Shown here: piece by piece, positions 42,999 to 43,446 of the stretch
How the letters are laid out: each line of letters opens with the position of its first letter
How positions within the stretch are numbered: position 1 is the first letter of the stretch
DNA from: a virus
Lineage: Duplodnaviria > Caudoviricetes
Direction: 5' to 3' (one strand)
IMG/VR virus record: IMGVR_UViG_3300005764_000032
Span: 1 to 43,446 of that record
DNA: 43,446 nt
The notes under the pieces: model-generated
The model's input: the letters and a program-made list of their open reading frames with translations, nothing else
Database searches by the model: none
Told to the model about the DNA's origin: nothing
Made by a program: the position numbers and the translations under genes

Positions 42999-43120
42999 GG
43001 GTGACTCTCCAGACGCACGGCAGACAAAGACGTTGTATCCAACATTGCGGAAGTTGTGTTCCATTTGTGTGACTCTCTCTCGTGTCCCGTGTTCGGAGCC
43101 CGTTCGGCGCCGACAGACAC

Positions 43121-43149
43121 AAGATGCCCTACAAATTGTAGACGGTCAA
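43121..43149 (-). promoter_or_regulatory. Sigma70-like early promoter with a palindromic operator in the spacer
   Basis: TTGACC-17 nt-CATCTT on the minus strand. The CTACAA-T-TTGTAG palindrome (43129-43141) lies in the spacer and an AT-rich region lies upstream. Confidence 0.65.
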
Positions 43150-43251
43150 GCGCATAAGGTTGAGAATCTGTAAAAGAATTGTTAGGTCTGGCTGCACAGA
43201 TTTTGAGCCGGGGTGGTCAGCGCACCCCGTACCCTCCGGGGCCGCGCGCGC

Positions 43252-43365
43252 GAGCGAGCACAGCACCGGCCGCGTCGGCTAGCGCAGCGCAGCCTTACCG
43301 GGTCGCGCCGAGCGCAGCGTAGCCGGTGCAGCGCAGCACAGCGCGCAGCGCAGCGTAGCAGCGCA
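43252..43365. repeat. Degenerate AGCGC pentamer tandem array
   Basis: Runs such as AGCGCAGCGCAGC, AGCGCAGCGTAGC and CAGCGCAGCGTAGCAGCGCA in non-coding DNA. Confidence 0.75.
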
Positions 43366-43446
43366 CCCGGGCAGGCCCCGGCGACAAAGCGCCACCCCCC
43401 AGGTACCACGTCCCCTCTCAAGAAGTTGACCGCCGAGCGTGGGTGG

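Larger units (their letters stand above)
40351..43079 (-). repeat. Dispersed start-associated motif GGAGAGTCACCCATG
   Basis: Exact copies at 40351-65, 41056-70, 42527-41 and 42996-43010. Variants at 41856-70, 42090-102 and 43062-79. Confidence 0.9.
1..43446. mobile_element. Temperate tailed dsDNA phage genome (probably podovirus-like), near-complete
   Basis: Packaging, head, tail, lysis, repressor, replication and serine integrase modules are all present. There are no host housekeeping genes and no tape measure or tail tube was recognised. Confidence 0.93.

Noticed and set aside
40351-43079. GGAGAGTCACCCATG repeats as a CRISPR or mini-array
   Set aside because: The repeat is only 15 nt, irregularly spaced by hundreds of bases, and always at gene starts.
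1-43446. Terminal direct repeats, tRNA genes and a defined attP
   Set aside because: The ends share no visible repeat, no cloverleaf was spotted by eye, and no att site can be assigned without a host sequence.

Overview
The window looks like a near-complete or complete genome of a high-GC temperate tailed phage, probably short-tailed (podovirus-like), since I found no tape-measure, tail-tube or sheath gene. No terminal repeat is visible, so completeness is inferred from gene content. The + strand late region runs terS, terL, a fibre-like protein, portal, several large Gln/Pro-rich ejection-type proteins (one with SLT and C39-like domains), scaffold, major capsid, decoration-like proteins, adaptor, collagen and fibre proteins, a nozzle-like protein, the lysis module and a clan GH-A glycoside hydrolase (231-24590). 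A leftward block of small, HTH-rich genes follows (24611-29693), then an XRE repressor/RHH switch (about 29.8-30.4 kb). A rightward replication block encodes an Rpf-like transglycosylase, an SSB-like protein, a methyltransferase, VRR-NUC, prim-pol/helicase with an ori-like palindrome, and a Cas4-like nuclease. A leftward early operon (about 43.1 to 38.4 kb) ends in a large serine integrase. The strongest non-annotated signals are: (1) a complete pseudoknotted type II hammerhead ribozyme at 42543-42613 (-); (2) a repeated GGAGAGTCACCCATG start-associated motif heading the early genes; (3) a 223-bp antisense HTH cassette flanked by CTGA that splits a collagen-fibre gene pair; and (4) a probable +1 frameshift (CCC TTT TGA) needed to make the endolysin. 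All protein calls come from motif recognition by eye, without database searches.
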